The notes under the pieces are model-generated. The model saw only the letters and a list, made by a program, of their open reading frames with translations, made no database searches and was not told the DNA's origin. Shown here one piece after another: positions 13,150 through 28,129 of a stretch of DNA of 64,000 nt. The position numbers and the translations under genes are program-made. Every line of letters starts with the position of its first letter. The first letter of the stretch is position 1. The stretch is from Eledone cirrhosa (lineage: Eukaryota). The DNA lies in contig OZ024742.1 in assembly GCA_964016885.1 (NCBI GenBank), forward strand, positions 68,262,001-68,326,000, written 5' to 3'.

Positions 13150-15860
13150 ATTACACAGCGTCATCAAATACCTTTAATTAGAATATTGTTCTAACAACCT
13201 AATGTCTCTAAAGTTAAGAAAGATTGATGAATCTTCCCAAGGAAATTAAATAGTCTGGAGCACCGTAAAATAAAATGAGTTATTTATTCAAAAACACAAC
13301 CAGATCCTGGCTAGTAACCCACGATTTTATGACCATTAGACCAACATTCCTGATATCCTGGTTGTTCTTCCCTATCAATTTTCATAGAAAGGTGTGACTG
13401 GATTACCTTTCCTCGCTCAGAATTCACCAGGTGATCAACATCAATGTCAGTAATAATATGTTCTACAACTGGAAAAATCATGGCTTGCACTAAGTATTCA
13501 GAATTGCAATTATTGAATACGTCTTTTATGTTGAGTGTGAAAATATCATGGTTTTGCATTTATTATCTGATAATCATAACAGTGTTTATATGACAGACAC
13601 TGATATTTCTTTGAAATAATTTTAATGGCATACCATTTTCAAATCTTTTTTTTTTTTTTTTTTCTATAAATACTTGAGATGGGATTCCCATTTTAGATCA
13701 GATTGCACCCAAATAACAAGGATCTTTATGGATGCATGTGGCTTTAATAGATGATTATTTAAATATATTTCATCGCGTTGTTAATTTAAAGGTTCTAGAT
13801 TGTAGAAATGAGCCAAGTCTGTTTAGAAGGAGCAAGTTGTTAATCGCTTCTCTTTACATATTTACCTATTTAGTTGATATTGATAGGGTTGTGCATAATT
13901 TAGTTTTATTGTTGAGGATGTTAGATGAAGTATATAAGTTGATATCATTTGCGAAACCTGACACTTACACAATTTCATCTAGAGAAATAATCCAATGTGT
14001 TGTAGAATGTGAATAGAAAGCCTTGTGGGAGACCTTGTAGAAGGTTTTAATTTGGACTTTTGTCATTACCAAGAATCTGTCTTGTACTAATTTGCGAGAA
14101 AGTTTCAACCCATTTTCAACCATTGTTGGACATTTCATATTTTGAAATTCGAATATCATGAACAACGTTATCGTAAGCTCCATTTATATCAAGATTGTGT
14201 CATTAATTTTGACTTTCTTGCGAATGTGTTTATTTCATGTACACCATTTTCAGTAATTTTATTCATACGAAATCCAAACTAAGATTTTCTGAAGATGTTC
14301 TTTGTCTCCGCTAAATAGGGTAATCTATTACCCATTAATTTTTCTAACATTTTAGACAGATTACTTAGTAGAGATATAGGACCATATGATCTAGTAACCT
14401 GGCAGATGTCTTTATTTGGTTCTGGTATTATTTAAGTGAATAACTTTACATATATCTTGGATGTTGTTAAAATTTAATTATATTATTAGAAATAATTGTA
14501 GCACTATATCGTTGATGATTAAATTAGATATTTCATCTGGATCTATAGCCATTTCCACCTTTAAATCATCCTTAACTGATAGTAGCTTCTGTTTCATAAC
14601 AGGGGGTAAATTCTTTGTTTTTGGCATTTGTTTTTGTAAACGAAAAGTTGCCAAAGCACGCTGCCGCAAGTAGCAACGAGGATTTGAATGTGTCTGAGAC
14701 TACCTCACTATAGTCATCGTGTATTAATAGCTGTTGATTTACTTTGGGTGATTTTGGTTTCATCACTGAGTGGACTCCAAGGTAGCTTTAATAGAGCCGA
14801 AATGATATTTGGCTTGTTTAATTTATCTTTATTTTTTCATACAGTTCATAATTTGGATAGTACTTACCCCGATTTTTTAATGATTGTGTCATCCTCATTC
14901 TTAGTTGTTTTAATGTTTCACTCTACCATGTCTTATCGTTAGCAGAATCGGTAGAGTCGGACACCATGCTTTGCATGGTTAAGGACGGTAACTCCGTTAC
15001 AGAGTTACATTCCTTAACGGTCTGAGTTCAAATCCTGCCGAGATTAACTTTGCTTTTCATCCTTACGGGGGTCGATAAAATAAAGCACCAGTAACGTACT
15101 GGGGTAGATTTAATCCACTTTCCCCTCCCTCAAAATTACTGGCCTTGTGCCTATACCAGGTGGATTGGCAGTATTGGTAGAGCGTCAGACACTATGCTTT
15201 GCAGCATAGAGTTGTGGCCCTTTGCGTTCTGAGTTCAAATCCCGCCGAGGTTAACTTTGCCTTTCATCCTTACGGGGTCGTTAAAATAAAGCACCAGTAA
15301 TACACTGGATAATTGCTGGCCTTGTGCCAAAAGTTGTGCCATTCAGATTGACGTTAGTAATAAGTATTTCCTCGGTACTTTTGTCTTCTATTTTCTCGAT
15401 AGATATTTGTATAATTATCCTTCGCTCTTCAGTTAATTGGATATTGTTAAATCTGTTGTAGACTGATAGTTGTGATTCTAAATAATTAATTAGTAAATAT
15501 TCTCCATTTATTCAGACTTTTGAAATTGACATTTTCTTATTTTAGATTTTGATTTGTTTGGCTATTATTAGAATTCTTATTGTTTAAAGGAATTGTAATA
15601 TTAACATACCGGCGGCATGATCCGAACCTAGATCTATTTTATGGTCTAATTTCCCGCTTCTAATAAAAACAGAGGCTGAGAGGAAATGCCATAAATATCA
15701 ATTATCTATGGGGCGGGAGGAGACTTGTATAGTATGTAAAATAAAGTATTTGATTCCAAGAGATATTCTCCTTCTTTTATAGTTTTTATTCTGATGTTGG
15801 TATTCCAAAATGAATGATTTGCATTAGAATTAGAAATTAGAATGGTACTTTTCGAATCGT
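13150..15860 (-). pseudogene. Highly decayed LINE ORF2, interrupted by a SINE dimer
   Basis: Minus strand gives YGPISLLSNLSK (the RPISLL RT motif) near 14340-14390 and YLGAI near 13710; many stops. The extent beyond 15340 is inferred. Confidence 0.6.
14935..15335 (+). mobile_element. tRNA-derived SINE, head-to-tail dimer
   Basis: Two units of 'ggtagag..cggacac..gagttcaaatccYgccgag..aactttgc..ttcatccttacgggg..taaaataaagcaccagt'. Confidence 0.85.
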
Positions 15861-15885
15861 GATTGTATATATATATATGTGTGTT

Positions 15886-15918
<33 letters not shown>

Positions 15919-15944
15919 ATTATCGTGAGTACACCATTCTTTAC

Positions 15945-16019
<75 letters not shown>

Positions 16020-16474
16020 GTAGACAGAGAGAGAGAGATTGAGTGATTTATAAAGATATGTATGTCCTAGAATATGGACGCCAAGTAGTAGTTACTGATC
16101 TCACCTTCCATAACGTGATAGCGCCTTCGTCATATGACGTAAGCTGTATTGATTACACCATATGATTAACCGAATTAGTTTATGTTTCAACAATGATGTA
16201 GTGGTGTATAAATGCTATAGTCTATTATTAACTTCATGAAGTCTCTCTCATTGTTACCAAAATGAATGCCGTCTTAGCACATTCATTAGATTTTCGCTGG
16301 TTTTCTTATCGCCAACAACTTTCTTTTATCGTCAACTTACACAGTTATCAAATAAATAGGCAGGTTTTTAAAATCGACATAATTCAATTAGGTTTAGCTC
16401 GTTATCAAACAACGGTTTATTGTTATCGATATTCTTATTACTTTTGTTGTTATTATTGCTGCTGTTATTATTCA

Positions 16475-16650
16475 TGGCGGTGGCTGGTAAAATCTGGAGT
16501 CGATCAAAATGCCTTACACTATTTAAATCACGCCCTTTTGCGTTCTGAGTTTAAATCCAGCTATGTTCGATATAGCCTTTCATCTTTCAGGGGTCGATAA
16601 AATTAATGCCAGTCAAGTGTACTTCGATCGATCTAATCGACATTATCTTT
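16475..16650 (+). mobile_element. tRNA-derived SINE, monomer
   Basis: Same family: 'ttctgagtttaaatcc...ctttcatctttcaggggtcgataaaatt'. Confidence 0.75.
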
Positions 16651-16690
16651 CTCCCATATCCGTACCCTACTGATTCTTATAGATATTATT

Positions 16691-16725
<35 letters not shown>

Positions 16726-17560
16726 CGTCGTTGTTGTTCTTGCTGCGGCTGCTGCTATTGTTGTTGTTGCTGTTGTTGTCGTTATAACCACTTCGTATTA
16801 ATTAATTAAAGTACTGAGGGAGCATGAATGTGTGTGGGGGCAAATGGTTAATATATAACGTGGTTAAACAACAGATCCCTTTCTCTCTTTCCCTCTCTCT
16901 CTTACTCTCCCCCCCCCCCTCTCTCCATATATATATATCCAGAACGAACCGGAGAACAAATCAGCAATATTGATATACAGATTAATAAATGAAGTTCCTA
17001 TTTTTCCTTCACATTTTTCACAAATCATTGTAAGATAATCTCTGTGAAGAACGAAGTAAGTGAACATCGCAAGTAAGCGGGTAATCACCGAGTAAAAGTA
17101 ATCGAATCATTCTTTGCTTCGTAACCCATATTATGTCCCAGAACATAGTCCCCGCCCTAATCACAGTGACTGTGACGTGGGTAACTTGAACTTCCCTCCT
17201 TCATATGTAAGGATTTTGTTTTCGTGCAACAATTCATGCAGCACCTTAATATTATAAATCTCAATGGTCAGTGAGAATTTGCTGACGCCCTGTGCAGAAA
17301 TATTTCCTCTAGACTAAACTAATAAATGTAAATGTGCAAGTTGATATTTGTAACACAGCAGCTATGGACGCTGCCAGTATTACTACCACCACCAATAGTA
17401 ATACTATCACGTCTGCCAACTCCGTCATAATAATACGACGGTGACCGCCTGTAATACGATCATGTCTATCACTACTACCACCAATATTTCCCTTACCATC
17501 AACTTCATCATTATTACTATGACCATCAGCATATCATATATATTATTATCATCACTATTA

Positions 17561-17965
17561 AGGGCGGTGGGTTGGCAGTATCGATAGAGCGTCGGACACT
17601 CTGTTTCATAGTATAGAGTTACAGTCCTTTACGTCTGAGTTACGCTGAGATTAGCTTTGCCTTTCATCTTTGCGGGGTTGATAAAAGTAAAGCACTAGCA
17701 ATGCACTGGAGTCGATTTGATTGACTTTCTCCTCCCCGAAAAATTGTTTGCCTTGTGCCTAAATCTGTTAACATTATTATCAGCGGTGGATTGGCAGTAT
17801 CGGTAGAGGGTCGGACGCCATGTTTTCCAGCATAGTTACGTCCCTTTACGATCTGAGTTAAAATCCCGCCGAGATTGACTTTGCCTTTCATCCTTACGGA
17901 GTCGATAAAATAAAGTACCAGTAATGTACTGGTTAATTGCTGGCCTTGTGCCTAAAGTAGAAACA
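17561..17965 (+). mobile_element. tRNA-derived SINE, head-to-tail dimer
   Basis: Two units each starting 'gcggtggRttggcagtatcg..agagNgtcggac'. Confidence 0.85.
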
Positions 17966-18024
17966 ATTATTATCACCACCAGTATTACTATAAATAACAG
18001 CAACAGCCACCACTCAGACCACTG

Positions 18025-18135
18025 TGATATATATAACAATACGTAAAATTGTTCGTTTGTTTATCTGTGTGTCTATTTGTCTCCTATGCACCAGTGGACC
18101 AATCATGTTCAATCTTGGCATGTGACTTCCTTAGA
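18025..18135 (+). mobile_element. Possible Helitron 5' fragment
   Basis: TATATAA...(tgtt/tgtc)n...'caatcttggcatgtg', similar in layout to the 5' end of the 5247 element. Confidence 0.35.
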
Positions 18136-18349
18136 CTCAACAATAGATTTTCCTCAAACTTGGACCTATTTTCATTTGATTATGTTTGTTTAGTGTTTTG
18201 GGATTTTTTTTTAGATAAAGGAAGCAAAGAAAGTGTGCTCACGTGTTAGGTGTTCAAGAGATCTTTTTATACTCCACAGGGAAAAATGCATAATGTTGTA
18301 TATAAAACAGTTTTATCATAATTTGATTTTATGCGTTTTCTATTTCAAG

Positions 18350-18949
18350 TTTATTATTTTTGTTCATCTCTATCTAGAAAACTTAATTAGCATCGAAGGA
18401 GGTTGCTCGGAGAACATGGTAGCTAGAACAAGGATATGATGGAAGAAGTTTTAGAGAGCTACTCCTACTGTTGACAACAAATGGTTTCTCCCTACGTGTA
18501 TGACCCCTATGTGCGAAATGCGATGATGCATAGTAGTGAAACATTGGTTGTGACTGCAGAAGGCATGCAAAGACTCGAGAGAAATGAAGCAATCATGCTT
18601 CTTTGAATGTGGAATATAAATATGAGAGAAAGGCAGAATTTGGATGAGATGAGGGAGAAGCTGGGTTTAAGAGGAATCCGAAGCTGTATGCAGGAGAGAA
18701 GACTACCTGGATACGAAAACATGATGCGCACGGATAATGATCGCTGGGTAAAGAAGTGCTAAGAAATACAAGTGGAAGATAGCCGCAGTAAAGGTAGACC
18801 AAGAAAGTCCTGGGCAGATGTGATGAGAGCTAATCTCAAATCGTTGAGACTCACAGAGGAGATAACGAAGGGACGCAAAGAGTTGAAAGATGCTGTGCAG
18901 GAAAGGACCCGTTAAACCCATGCAAATGTGGAGAAGCGGAAGTAAAAAC

Positions 18950-18988
<39 letters not shown>

Positions 18989-19005
18989 AATGATGACAAT
19001 GATGG
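18350..19005 (+). pseudogene. 3' end of an RTE-like LINE with (GAT)n tail
   Basis: RTDNDRWVKKC and RSKGRPRKSWADV are typical RTE C-terminal motifs; (GAT)n follows at about 18950-19003. Confidence 0.75.
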
Positions 19006-19968
19006 TCTCACATAATTTGTTATGCCAGAAATGTTAGAATCACTAATCTCAATAATTATTCAGAAAATATATTAGGTTTTGAATGAAATTTTATAATTTT
19101 CTTTAACCCGGACAATGTTTGGTACTTCTGCTAGAATACATGTGTGTGTGTGTCTGTGTGTCTGTGTGTGTGCGTGTGTGCGTGTGCGTGTGTGTGCGTA
19201 TATATGTGTATATATATATGGGGTGGGGGGGACATGTATATATATATATATATATATATATCAACTAAAATCGCTTGAAACAAAGAGTTGTCTTTAGAAA
19301 TTGTCTCCTTTGAAGTGTGCCGAACTATCAATTGTACTGATCACGTGATCTAGTTAATCTACAAAGATGAAAAGCTATGGCTGACATCACTCCCTCCATC
19401 ATCCTTTTACCGGGCCTTCTCACATATCATTACCCCCATCGCCATAATAACCGTTTCTATCGCCATCACCATCACCACCACAACAACTACTATCAATGCC
19501 ATTTCCACATCTACTATACCGACACCAAAACTCTTTACTTACTACTCTCAACCAACACTAGCAACAACATCGCTACCACCTGTTTCATTACTCCAACCAC
19601 CATCATCGACATCATCAAACCACATCAAAAACACTACCAACGATATTAACATCACTACCACCAACTATATCAATATCACCTTCACACCTACATCAGCTCA
19701 CCATCCAAATCACTATTACCATCATGACTATCACTACCATCATCACCACGGCTACTATCAAACTTACAATAGCAATGCTGACAAATCAGAACCACGACCA
19801 TCACCCTTATCCGCACAGCCTTCGCTATCATCAGAAGCACAACCACACTAATCATCCTGATGTACAAAAGACTACCTGAATTATATTCATAGCGTGCAAC
19901 ATCTATACATTCAATACACACTCCCATATATGTGTGTGTATGTGTGCATGTGGGTGTGTGTGTATGTC

Positions 19969-20048
<80 letters not shown>

Positions 20049-20449
20049 GGTGGGAGCATATGTATACCATAGATCTGTGTACTGTTTGAAAAAATACGAA
20101 ACGTTGCATGCTGCCTTTCTTGTATACAAACCTGTTGGTGTGTATGTTGTATATACAAATATAAAGATATGTGTGCCTATCTACTTATAATTTCATACAC
20201 AAAGATGCAGCCACCACAAATCGCTGCTGTTCACTTAGATTCAAAAATCATGGTTTAATGATAAATAATATACTTACCGACGCCCCGGATACGATATTGT
20301 GTGTGTGTATGTGTGTGTGTGAGCGTGTGCGTGTATGTGTGTATGTGTGTGCGTGGGTGTGTGTTTGTTTGTGTGTTTGCGTGTGTGTGTGCCGTACGAA
20401 ACATTTTTCCTTTTTGATGACTCCACCATGCAGAGATGCTATAAAATAT

Positions 20450-20770
20450 TTTCTACTTTTGGCACAAGGCCAGTAATTATCACAATGTATTACTGGTACT
20501 TTATTTTATCGACCCCGTAAGGATGAAAGGCAAAGTTAACCTCGGCGGAATGATAATGATATCTGATTTAGGCACAAGGCCAGCAATTTTGGGGAGGGAA
20601 AAGTCGATTAAATCGCCCCAGTACGTTACTGGTGCTTTATTTTATCGACCCCGTAAAGATTAAAGGCAAAGCTATCCTCGGCATGATTTGAACTCAGCAT
20701 GTAAAGGGCCGTAACTCTATCGTGCAAAGCATGGTGTCCGACGCTCTACCGATTCTGCCAATCCACCGAT
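20450..20770 (-). mobile_element. tRNA-derived SINE, dimer (one unit truncated)
   Basis: Reverse complement of the 14935 family: 'ttttatcgaccccgtaa..aaaggcaaag' occurs twice. Confidence 0.85.
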
Positions 20771-21631
20771 AGTAATAATGACGAATTCTTGGATCATCTT
20801 CCAGGTAAACCTTGTGTAAAAGTAATTCAATAGTACTGCCCATATTTGGCAAAGAGCATTGTCTATGTAATTTGGGGAAAGCAAACCTCATTATATCTTG
20901 TATGTGACACATTCATGGATCAAAGGTTGCACCTCATCCATTATATTTTCATTTCAATTTGACTTTGAATATGCATATTTTTATAAAAGGAATATATAAA
21001 TTGAAAATACTCTAATTGGTTTTACTGATTTAGCTGTACATATTGTACTTTTTGAATCTATTAATGTGTGCACTTGTGTCTGTACGCGTATGTGTGTATA
21101 TAGCGTGCATTGTTACATGCTGTCTTAAACTTTCTATGATACTGAGAAACAATGCGTTATAACAAACCACCACCAACGCCAGGACCCTGGTTAAATGTTC
21201 AGAAAACAACAATAATATTAATATCAACACTGCTATTACCACAACAACTACTACTATTACTACTACCACTGCTAGCACCAATATTACTACTACTACTACT
21301 ACTACAACTACTACTACTACTATCACTACTACTACTACTGAGACTTCAGCTACGACTTCGTACCACATATTTACTAACATTTACTAATAGCTAACTGACA
21401 TGGAAATATGTCTGCCTACAATTATATAAGGAAACGACGGATCAAGATGGTGTAATTTCACACAACAACAACAACAAGAGTAATAAGTGGTATATGATTA
21501 TACATTCTATATAACGGTATTGCTATAATTGTCAGATTCACATACACTCTCCGAGCCAAGTAGTCTCATGCACGTGGTGTTAACTGAACCACACATTAAT
21601 ACTTCACGAACGAATATTTCATTGCAATACT

Positions 21632-21748
<117 letters not shown>

Positions 21749-21930
21749 CTACGTGTGTATGTATGCATTTGCCGTGAGGATCAAAGGACTGTCACTCCTA
21801 TCGACAAGTCCACTCATTGAACTCTCTTTTATACACACACTCACACACACACACATATATATATATATATAATGTTTATAGTAAAATATATATGCACACT
21901 CATATATATACTTATATAATATATATACAT

Positions 21931-22279
<349 letters not shown>

Positions 22280-22737
22280 AGAAAGAAAGAAAGAAAGAAA
22301 GAATGAAAGAAAGCATTAGTTGAAGCTGTCTCAAGGTAAGGAGACAATTACCTAATTAGTCCTCATTAAATCTAATTATAAGGAAACGCACTAAGCTAAT
22401 TAATATATAATGTCATGTGACGGTGGTAGATCTTAAGGAAGGGTGAGGAGAGTAGGTTACATAAAATGAAACCGGAAGTAAAGTAATGATAACAACCATA
22501 TTGTGTCACCAATTAATTATTCTTGAACTAATTAAGATAATAAGACAAAGGCTAATTAAAGCATATCTTTCGGGTAGAACGAACAGATTTTTCCTCTTTG
22601 AAATTATCTCTCCTAGATGTCCTCATTGTTGTTGTTGTGGTTGCTGTGATGATGTTGGTGGTGATGATGAGGAAGACTATAATAATGATGATAATGATGA
22701 TAATGATCGAGATGATATACTAACTGTTATTGTCATA

Positions 22738-22912
22738 AGTGCAGTATCGGTAGAGGGGCGGACGCCATGCTTTTCAGCATAGAGTTACGGCTCTTTATGA
22801 TCTGAGTTCAAATCCCACCGAGATTAACTTTTCCTTTCTTCGGGGTCGATAAAATAAAGTACCAGCAATACACTGAGGTAATTGCTGGCCTTGTGCCTAA
22901 AGTAGAAACAAT
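22738..22912 (+). mobile_element. tRNA-derived SINE, monomer
   Basis: 'gcagtatcggtagagg..cggacgcc..gagttcaaatcccaccgag..tggccttgtgcctaaagtagaaac'. Confidence 0.85.
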
Positions 22913-22969
22913 TATGTTTAATTCATACTATTCTATTTTTCTGTCTTCCTTTAATTGTTCATCTTACTT

Positions 22970-23810
22970 TACTGCTGCTGCTGTTACTGCTGCTGTTGCT
23001 GCTGCTTTTGCTGCTGCTGTTGCTGCTGCTGTTGTTGATCTTGTTGCTGCTACTTTTGCTGTTCTTGTTGCTGCTGCTGTGGTTGCTGCTGTTGCTGCTG
23101 CTTTTGCTGCTGCTGTTGCTGCTGCTGTTACTGCTGCTGTTGCTGTTGTTAGTGCTGCTTTTGCTGCTGCTTTTGCTGCTGCTGCTTTTGCTGCTGCTGC
23201 TTTTGCTGCTGCTGCTTTTGCTGCTGCTGTTGCTGCTGCTGTTATTGATCTTGTTGCTGCTACTTTTGCTGTTCTTGTTGCTGCTGCTGCTGTTGTTGCT
23301 GCTGTTGCTGCTGCTTTTGCTGCTGCTGCTTTTGCTGCTGCTGTTGCTGCTGCTGTCGTTGATCTTGTTGCTGCTACTTTTGCTGTTCTTGTTGCTGCTG
23401 CTGTTGTTGTTGCTGTTGCTGCTGCTTTTGCTGCTGCTTTCGCTGCTCCTTTCGCTGCTGCTTTCGCTGCTGCTTTTGCTGCTGCTGTGGCTGCTGCTTT
23501 TGCTGCTGCTTTTGCTGCTGCTTTTGCTGCTGCTTTTGCTGCTGCTTTTGCTGCTGCTTTTGCTGCTCTTGTTGCTGCTACTTTTGCTGTTCTTGTTGCT
23601 GCTGCTGCTGGTGTTGCTGCTGTTTCTGCTGCTTTCGCTGCTGCTTTCACTGCTGCTTTTCCTGCTGCTGTTGCTGCTCTTGTTGCTGCTGTTGTTGCTG
23701 TTGTTTTTGCTGCCACTTTTGTTGCTGCTTTTGCTGCTGCTGTTGCTGTTGTTTTTGCTGCCGCTTTTACTGCTGCTGTTGCTGCTATTGCTGCTGTTGT
23801 TGCCGCTTTA
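22970..23810. repeat. Degenerate (GCT/GTT/TTT)n trinucleotide array
   Basis: About 840 bp of in-phase triplets with recurring higher-order blocks such as 'gatcttgttgctgctacttttgctgttcttgtt'. Confidence 0.9.
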
Positions 23811-24209
23811 CTTTATCATCTTCATACTCAGTACTACAGATAGTACTGTTTCTGTATCTACTTAATTACTCCAAATTATATACTCTATCTTTTCAGATAA
23901 ATCCAATTTACTTTAAAATCTTTCAAATTCTCATTTGCATGTAATCCATTCCAACAGTGCTGCAATGAATTACATATAAATTCTATGCTAGTTAGTATAA
24001 TAGACATGATTTAAATAGTGACTCTATTCCTATTAAGCTATAATCTACTTTGCTATGAGGTCATCACATATTTACAACTGCAATCTGAGAAGACATTAGT
24101 CAAATGTACGTTTCTTTTCCTCAACACGCTGATGGAATCTATTTTATCTTATTACGAACCAATACTGAAACCTCTTCACACGATATCAGAGGTGCATTCA
24201 AAAGGTATC

Positions 24210-24760
24210 CAACCTTTGGTCATAAAAAATTAATTGTGTACATTTCACAAATTTTATTTAATCACCTTAAAGATACTCCCCTTGATAATACACATACTTC
24301 TTCAAACGGTTATACCTTCACTGGAATTTTATAGAGCTCCTTTGTTGCTTATAATTTTCTCTCGCAACTCAAATCGCTTCTCTTTCAGCGAGGTTTTCAG
24401 ATTGGGGAAGAGCCAGAAGGTCCACGGTGCCAATTCGGGTGAATAGAGATCCTGTCAAACAAGTGGTTTGTTGTTCTTGGCCAGAAATGCTTGGATTATG
24501 TAGACGGAATGAGCGCTGTTGTGGTGAAGTTGGCAATTCTTCGCCGCCCACGGGCCAGGTGACTTTTGACTTACAGCATCACAGAGGCAACGTGTAACCA
24601 ACCTCCAGGCAGTATTCTTTACTGATTATTTGGCCTTGTGGTGTATACTTATGAGGCACAATACAACGGGGGTCAAAGAAACAGTAAGCATGATAGTGGG
24701 ACTGCTACCACCACGTTCCTAACTACAGTAGTATATCAAAAACAAAAACATTACTACTTA
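24210..24760 (-). pseudogene. Decayed mariner transposase remnant
   Basis: Minus strand at about 24395-24450 translates YSPELAPWTFWLFPNLK (mariner YSPDLAPSDF motif); a GEY-like C-terminus lies near 24280. Confidence 0.75.
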
Positions 24761-25004
24761 ACACCTGTCTGATGAAAACACATCTCAGGGTTATTATGCA
24801 ATCACTTTCATACGTATAACAGGATTATATTTTTAAAAAAGAGGATGCACACTTGAAACCGTTTTTCTTCTTTATAATATTGACTCACTGTTTGATACCT
24901 TATTGATAATAAATTAAGGAACACAGGTTGTGAAGTGCTTTGCGTCTAATTACAACTACAGTCGGTAGATTAGTTGATCAAACAACGTTTATTTACTTGA
25001 ATAA

Positions 25005-25085
<81 letters not shown>

Positions 25086-25127
25086 TTATTATATATATAT
25101 TATGTATATATATATAATGAAGTTATA

Positions 25128-27808
25128 GATTGGTTTAATAACATAAAATTAAAACATAAGAAAAAATTCATTCAAATGAATATTGCAAATTACTACTCCT
25201 CTATTACCCCTAGCTTACTTAATAAGGCACTTATCTACGCTTCTAAACATACAGACCTATCTAGTGAAGAAATGAATATAATTCTAACAGCACGTAAAAC
25301 CCTAATAGAATTTAATAATCATCTCTGGACAAGAGCCGACAGAAAAAACAATTTTGATATCACTATGGGATCATCTTACTCGGCGCAAGTAACGGACCTT
25401 GTTGGATTATTTATTATAGGAAAATCTTTGGATTATTTATGCATAGGAAAATGCCAGAGATGACCGGAGATTTATATCGCGACGATATGTTACTTTTAGT
25501 TGAAAACCATAGCAATAGTGAAATTAATAGGAAAAGGAAATACATAATACAATTTTTCAACATCTACAACCTTAATTTAGAAATCGAGAATAATTACAAA
25601 ATCGTTAACTTCTTAGATGCAACCTTAAACCTTAGCACAGGTCTTTATTATCCATTCCATAAAATTAACGAAAATCTAAATTACGTAAGTTTCAATTCTA
25701 ATCATCCTAGAAATATAAAAAACACTATTGTCAATAGCGTCCAACAACTGATTTCATGCATCTCTGCTAATAAAAATATTGTTGACGATAAGGCAGAATA
25801 TTACAATGAAGCTTTACATAGAGCAAGATACTCGAATAATTAAATACATAGATAACAATAACATGACAAATCATCCTAGAATTAATTATAATAACAATAA
25901 ACAATTTAACTTAAATACTAAACCAACCAAAAAAACTAGAACTAGAAATATAATTTGATTTGGTACTCTCCCCCATTCCCATTACGCGTTAAAACACCTT
26001 TAGCAAAGCTATTTTTTAAAGCATTAGATAAATGTTTTCATAAAGCCCACAGATACCTCTCTATTTTTAACAGACACACTATGAAACTATCCTACTCTAC
26101 TACTATGAACATAGCACAAAATATAAATAGAATTAATAATAGAAACTTAAATTTAAACCCTAACCAAACAAACCAAGATAGAAATAATAATATTTCTAAC
26201 AACAATATTCATAATAATAGTAAGGTTCCGAATAACAACAACTCCAGAAAATGTAACTGTAGAATTAAATTAAACTGCCCCTTACAAAATAATTGCTTAG
26301 ACAAAAACGTAATTCAAAGAACGCTGGTATAACCATAAACACACATTTAATAGATCCGATAAAAGAATCTTCCACTTCACTTTCACATTTAATTTGGAAT
26401 TTAAAAGATAACAATATAGACTATTCAATATCTTGTGGGAAACGATTTCGAAAGCACCTGCATACCAAAATATGGCTTTCTCAAGATTCTGTAACTTGTG
26501 TATCGAGGAAATTTTTTATATAATTAACTGTCAAAACTCTATTAATCTTCAAACAGAATTATTTTCTAGTTGCAACACCGCCAAAATTCCACTTTCAGAA
26601 GTATTTTTAATTTATGATATTCATTACACTTGACTATATCTTATACACCTTTAAAAGGATCCTATTATTTACTGAGTATTTTCTTTAAAAATTTAAATTT
26701 AAATATTTTTAAATGATCTTCCTTCTTAATTTTTAATATTTTTTAATATTTTTAATATTTTTACTATTTTTACTATTTGACATTATTTTCTTAATGACAC
26801 TCCTCTAAATATATTTTTTTAGATGTCGATTGATAACCTTTAATTGACATTCTGAAAGTTATCCTCTTTACAATAGTTTCTCGAAATGCACATTACTTTT
26901 TTTCCTCTGCTTTGATCTTCAAACTTTCACAGATCTTTCGACTAAAATAATATATAATTGAAATTAATCTCACACAAAATAATATATAATTTTCTCTATA
27001 TATCTTCTGAGTAAATCATTCATCAAATTTAACGGTTAGCAAACAATATTGGAGTTATCTTTTCCTTTTAAATCGAAACATAAACATTATATTATAATAT
27101 AATATGTATGATAAACTATATAACTTCGCTAAATTAACAATATTCTGAAAACATTTCCAATGTTGGAACAAAATATTTGAAACTAGAAATTGTTCTCCTC
27201 TTACAATTTGAACTACATGTTTTTTTATGTAAAATGCAGAATCAACATCCTTCGTAAATCATATGAGAAATGTAAACAACTAATAATTGTAACTTATTTC
27301 CATTTCTATAATACTTATACAAGCACAAATATTAATCTATATAGATATTTATATACTTACAACCTGTTGTAATGTAATAAGATAAAATCTACTTACAACC
27401 ATAATTTTTCACATAATCTAATTGATTATATATACAATATTATAACTCATAATATAGCTAAATAAATTTTAAATTCTGGAATCATATTCCACCATTCCCG
27501 CAAATTGTTAATTCCTTTTACATTATCGTAGATACAAGTGCTTCTTTCTTTTTTTCTTCTTCCTACTTATACATACATATATCCTAATTATTTAAATTCT
27601 GCATAGCGTCTAAAAATAACGTTTTTTCAGCCCTATACTTCAACCTCATTTGCATACTGATCTTAATAATTTGAAATATCTGACTTTTCTTCTCTTTTCC
27701 TTCACTATCCAGGAAGAACTTGAACAGTTAAGATATTTTTTATTTAAGTTATGTCAAAATTTATGAATCAAAATTTGTATTTTATCTGATGAGAGCGTGC
27801 CAAACTTT

Positions 27809-27812
<4 letters not shown>
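25128..27812 (+). mobile_element. 5'-truncated Penelope-like element (RT plus GIY-YIG), frameshifted
   Basis: FDITMGSSYSAQVTDLVGLFI, LYRDD, VNFLDATLNL, SNHP, WYSPPF, LSYST, CNCRIKLNCPLQNNC and CNLC; AT-rich 3' region ends in a degenerate CTGATGA motif at 27786. Confidence 0.9.
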
Positions 27813-27858
<46 letters not shown>

Positions 27859-27948
27859 ACACCAAACAATCAATGAAGAAAAGCTATTTATTAACAGATT
27901 TAAACCAGAATTAAATATGTAATCACCTCCATTAGATTCTGTTTCTCT

Positions 27949-27980
<32 letters not shown>

Positions 27981-27986
27981 CACACA

Positions 27987-28111
<125 letters not shown>

Positions 28112-28129
28112 ACCGCACTTCAAAGATAT

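Noticed and set aside
16606-16809. Cys-rich metallothionein-like peptide
   Set aside because: It is a (TGT)n microsatellite tail downstream of a SINE.
22893-23865. 316-aa Ala-rich, 289-aa Leu-rich and 250-aa antifreeze/histone-H1-like ORFs
   Set aside because: All derive from one trinucleotide array open in several frames, and the longest starts at a non-ATG codon inside a SINE tail.
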